The notes below the pieces were generated by a model. The model made no database searches, was not told the DNA's origin, and worked only from the letters and a program-made list of their open reading frames with translations. The position numbers were made by a program, and so were the translations under genes. Source: an uncultured Acidobacteriota bacterium (lineage in GTDB: Bacteria > Acidobacteriota > Vicinamibacteria > Vicinamibacterales > JAKQTR01). From it: a DNA stretch of 64,000 nucleotides. The DNA lies in contig CAWEYM010000001.1 of assembly GCA_963813325.1 (NCBI GenBank), forward strand, positions 234,523 through 298,522. The letters run 5' to 3'. Positions 61,167 to 64,000 of the stretch are shown here, one piece after another; positions within the stretch are counted from its first letter, which is position 1; each line of letters begins with the position of its first letter.

Positions 61167-61349
61167 ACCCCGCGGCTGAAGCCGCGGGGCTACGTGAGTT
61201 GCGCCGAGAGCCGCGTTGGCCCGGATCACGCAGATGTGGCCCCCGGGCTTCAGCCCGGGGGTCCCTGGCCGCACCGCCTTGGGGGATCTCGGCGATCGCC
61301 ACCCCGCTGCTGAAAGCCGCGGGGCTACGTGTGCTGCGCCGAGGGCCGC
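61167..61349. repeat. Cluster of three REP-like GC hairpins with TGAA/TTCA loops, including two ~48-bp direct repeats
   Basis: Hairpins: CCCCGCGGC-TGAA-GCCGCGGGG (61168-61189), CCCCCGGGC-TTCA-GCCCGGGGG (61240-61261) and CCCCGCTGC-TGAAA-GCCGCGGGG (61302-61324). Units 61167-61214 and 61301-61349 are near-identical (ACCCCGC.GCTGAA.GCCGCGGGGCTACGTG..TGCGCCGAG.GCCGC). Confidence 0.85.
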
Positions 61350-61363
61350 CAGCGGCGGACCAA

Positions 61364-63586
61364 TCACGGCCTGTAGTCGTTCGCCGTTCGCCGTTCGCCT
61401 GCCTGTCGCCCGTACAGCCAGCGGTAGTCTTCCGCCGTGCCGAGGATCCGCTTGAGATAGTTCTGCGTCTCGGGAAACGGGATGTCGTCGATGAACTCGT
61501 CGCGATCGAGCCCCGGCCGCTCCGCCATCCACTGCGCCACGCGGTACTCGCCCGCGTTGTAGCTCGCGAGCGCGTAGTGCACGCCGCCGAAGCGGCGCAC
61601 GAGGTCCGCGAAGAAGGCGGTGCCGATCCGGATGTTCACCTCCGGCACCGTCAGCCGGTTCGTCGAGAAACCGCGGATGCCGAGCTTGCGGGCGTAGCGC
61701 CGCCCCGTTGACGGCAGGATCTGCATGATCCCGATCGCGTTCGCGCCCGATTTCGCGTTGGTGTCGAAGGTGGATTCCTGCGCCGCCAGCGCCGTCACCA
61801 GGTACGGGTCGAGCCGGTGCGCGTCGGCGTACTTCTTGAGCAGCGTCCAGTAGTCCACCGGGAAGATGACCGCAAGCAGCTCGCGCGGCAGCTTTTCTCC
61901 GCCTGCTGCCATGAACTGCGGGTACGCCCGCCGCATCGCGGTGATGCCCGGCCGCAGGTCGCCGGTCCTGTTGAGGAGCCACGCGCGGGTGGCCAGCAGC
62001 GCGGACGACTCGCCCCACGATCGCTCGGCGTACCGCACCTCGTCCAGGGCTTGGGCATACAGCTTGAGCGAGATCAGGAGACGGATGAGGTGCCCGGTCG
62101 GCACCGGCGTGTCCGTGTCCAGCCCGCTTGGCTCCGCAATGGATGGCCGTGGATCGCCCGGCAGCTCCAGCGGCGCTTTCTTCGCGCGCAGGATGCCCGC
62201 CGCGAGGCGGCCGTAGTAGGAGTTCGCATAGTCCGCGACCACGACCCGGTAGCGGGCCATCGCGGTCTCGGCGTCCTTGAGGCGCTCGCGGGACTTCGCC
62301 GCCCAGTAGAGGCATGGGGGCCGGTAGTCGGACCGCGGGAACGCCGCCGCCGTCTGCTCGAAGTGCGTCGCCGCCGCCTCGTACCGGCTGTGCTTGTAGG
62401 CCCACCACCCGATCTTCCAGCCCGCCCGCGCGGCATAGCGGCCCGAGGGGAACTTCGCGACCAACTCGTGGAACACGTCGTCTGCGCGGTCATCCTCGTC
62501 CTCGATGATGAAGTGGGAGGCGAGATTGTTGAGCGCTTCCTCGGCCCACGAACTGTCGGGGTAGTCGTCGATCAACCGCCGCGCCATGCGCACGTACTCG
62601 TCGTGCGCCCCGAGCTCGCGGGTCGCGGTGAGGTGGAAGAAGAACGCCTCCACGCGCCGCGAGGCCGAGTCGATGAACGGCCGCGTGCCGTCCCGCGCCT
62701 GCTGGTATCGGCGCAGGTACTGGTCGCACTCCGCGATGCGCAGCGGGACCAGCTCGCCATCGTCGCCCGCCGCCCAGGGCCGGAGCGCCTCGAAGGCGTC
62801 GCGCGCCCGGGGCCATCGCCGGTTCGAGAACAGCAGCTCGGCCCGCGCGAGATCGGCCTTGTAGCGGGCGTTGCCCGCTCCGAGCGGCCCGAGGTCGGCG
62901 TCCGACAAGCCGGCGGGCGGCTGCGACGCCAGGTCGCTCAGCGGATACTGGTAGAACAACCGGCTGTAGGCGGCCACGGCCCGCGCCCGGTCGCCGGCAT
63001 TCACCGCGGCCGCGGCCAGACGCGCCAGCACGGTGTCGGTGGCGACCGCCTTCTCCGACGCCAGCGTCTCGTAGAGCGCGACCGCCGCCGCGTAGTCGCC
63101 CGCGGCTTCCGCGGCCTCGGCCTCGCGCAGCGGCGCGTCCTGCGCGAGCGCTCCGACCGGCTTCCGCGCCCGGATCGCCGCGAAGGTTTCGCGCGCCTGC
63201 GCCGTGCGTCCGAGGCCCTGCTCGGCGAGCCCGCGAAGGTACAGCGCGTAGTCGGCCAGTGGCGTCGAGGCCAGGCCTGGTCTGCCGGCGATCGGCAGGG
63301 CCTGCGCCCACTTCTGCCGGGCGATCAGGTCTGCCGCGTCCGTCAGGGCGCGCAGGGCGATCCCCCCGTCGGCGGGCGACGGCCGCCAGGCGGCATCGGG
63401 CACGAGCCACAGCGTCGCGGGATCCGCCGGCAGCGGCGGATGGGCCGTCGGCAGGAGATCGACCGGCCTGGGCGCCGGCGGCGGTGCTTGCCGCGGAAAT
63501 TCGGCGTGCGTCGCACGCAGGGCTCCGCCCGCGAGCAGCAGGCAGACACATCCCCCCAGGAGGGCTGACCGGAGGCGTGAAGTCAT
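61364..63586 (-). CDS. Soluble lytic murein transglycosylase (Slt70-like: superhelical N-terminal domain plus SLT domain)
   Basis: 740 aa with a signal peptide. The SLT catalytic block is ALAAQESTFDTNAKSGANAIGIMQILPSTG...YNAGEYRV. The last codons overlap a CCGTTCG heptamer repeat (61377-61397). Confidence 0.85.
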   Translation of the reverse strand: MTSRLRSALLGGCVCLLLAGGALRATHAEFPRQAPPPAPRPVDLLPTAHPPLPADPATLWLVPDAAWRPSPADGGIALRALTDAADLIARQKWAQALPIAGRPGLASTPLADYALYLRGLAEQGLGRTAQARETFAAIRARKPVGALAQDAPLREAEAAEAAGDYAAAVALYETLASEKAVATDTVLARLAAAAVNAGDRARAVAAYSRLFYQYPLSDLASQPPAGLSDADLGPLGAGNARYKADLARAELLFSNRRWPRARDAFEALRPWAAGDDGELVPLRIAECDQYLRRYQQARDGTRPFIDSASRRVEAFFFHLTATRELGAHDEYVRMARRLIDDYPDSSWAEEALNNLASHFIIEDEDDRADDVFHELVAKFPSGRYAARAGWKIGWWAYKHSRYEAAATHFEQTAAAFPRSDYRPPCLYWAAKSRERLKDAETAMARYRVVVADYANSYYGRLAAGILRAKKAPLELPGDPRPSIAEPSGLDTDTPVPTGHLIRLLISLKLYAQALDEVRYAERSWGESSALLATRAWLLNRTGDLRPGITAMRRAYPQFMAAGGEKLPRELLAVIFPVDYWTLLKKYADAHRLDPYLVTALAAQESTFDTNAKSGANAIGIMQILPSTGRRYARKLGIRGFSTNRLTVPEVNIRIGTAFFADLVRRFGGVHYALASYNAGEYRVAQWMAERPGLDRDEFIDDIPFPETQNYLKRILGTAEDYRWLYGRQAGERRTANDYRP

Positions 63587-63610
63587 TGACTCCGACGAAC
63601 GTGCACGCGA

Positions 63611-64000
63611 TCAGCGGGCGCCGAGCAGCGTCGCGTCGCCGCTGGCCAACGTGCGGACAAGTTCCAGGCTGAAGTAGTCGGACCGCGCCCGGACCGTCGA
63701 CGGCACCCGCTCTTCGTAGAGGTTGCGGGCCCGATCGATTTCCTGGCGCAGCACATCCAACAGGTTGCGATTGAGGCGGCCCTGGTTCACGGCGGCCTCG
63801 TGATAGAGCTTGATCTCCGAGACGAGCAGGCGTGCGTACCGGCGCGCCGCATCGTCATCCTCGCTGCCGGTCGGCTGGACCGAACGCGTGTGCGGCGCGT
63901 AGCGCGGGCCGGGCGTCGCCAGGTCCGGAGGCGGCGCGGGACGCGTGGCCTTGGCGACCGTCAGCACCTCGAGGCAGCGGGCCGCATGGCGCGCGAGCAT
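63611..64000 (-). CDS. 3' part of a hypothetical protein gene that continues beyond the window edge
   Basis: The frame is open to the window edge. The tail reads ...ARRYARLLVSEIKLYHEAAVNQGRLNRNLLDVLRQEIDRARNLYEERV... It is on the same strand as, and 24 nt upstream of, the transglycosylase gene. Confidence 0.5.
   Translation of the reverse strand: MLARHAARCLEVLTVAKATRPAPPPDLATPGPRYAPHTRSVQPTGSEDDDAARRYARLLVSEIKLYHEAAVNQGRLNRNLLDVLRQEIDRARNLYEERVPSTVRARSDYFSLELVRTLASGDATLLGAR

Noticed and set aside
59556-62408. A 950-aa minus-strand ORF spanning the GT-C paralogue, the hairpin cluster and part of the transglycosylase gene
   Set aside because: It crosses an obviously non-coding repeat region and is antisense or out-of-frame to genes with clear motifs. 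It has an Arg/Gly/Pro-rich shadow composition.

Overview
The window is very GC-rich (by eye about two-thirds to 70% G+C, not computed) and densely coding, so most long six-frame ORFs are antisense or out-of-frame shadows. Gene content looks Acidobacteriota-like: a CarboxypepD_reg-type TonB-dependent receptor, a VWFA-related secreted protein and TPR/GT-C-like membrane proteins. I support about 50 protein genes.

Main gene groups:
- a Tes/GDGT-MAS-like radical SAM enzyme
- folE
- a frameshifted TonB-dependent receptor
- a doubled ABC-2 exporter operon
- gltS, an APC permease and cstA
- tsaD
- a nucleoside-salvage operon (deoA-nupC-punA-cdd) ending in mtnA
- a HEAT-repeat protein plus an HD-GYP phosphodiesterase
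- secreted M28, M14 and M4 peptidases
- an ECF sigma / anti-sigma / DUF4097 operon
- a pair of ABC half-transporter fusions split by an intact IS4-family insertion sequence
- three GT-C-like polytopic membrane proteins
- a soluble lytic transglycosylase

No rRNA, tRNA or CRISPR array was seen, and I saw no recognisable defence system.

Points most worth a second look:
1. The bacterial Tes-like radical SAM gene.
2. A roughly 100-bp MITE/REP-like element present three times, each copy starting on the base right after a stop codon.
3. A family of GGC-TGAA-GCC hairpins.
4. Heptameric tandem-repeat arrays, one of which is the IS target.
5. mtnA embedded in a nucleoside catabolic operon.
6. A divergent cluster of GT-C-like membrane proteins with a tandem duplication.

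All family calls come from reading motifs in the supplied translations. No database search was run.
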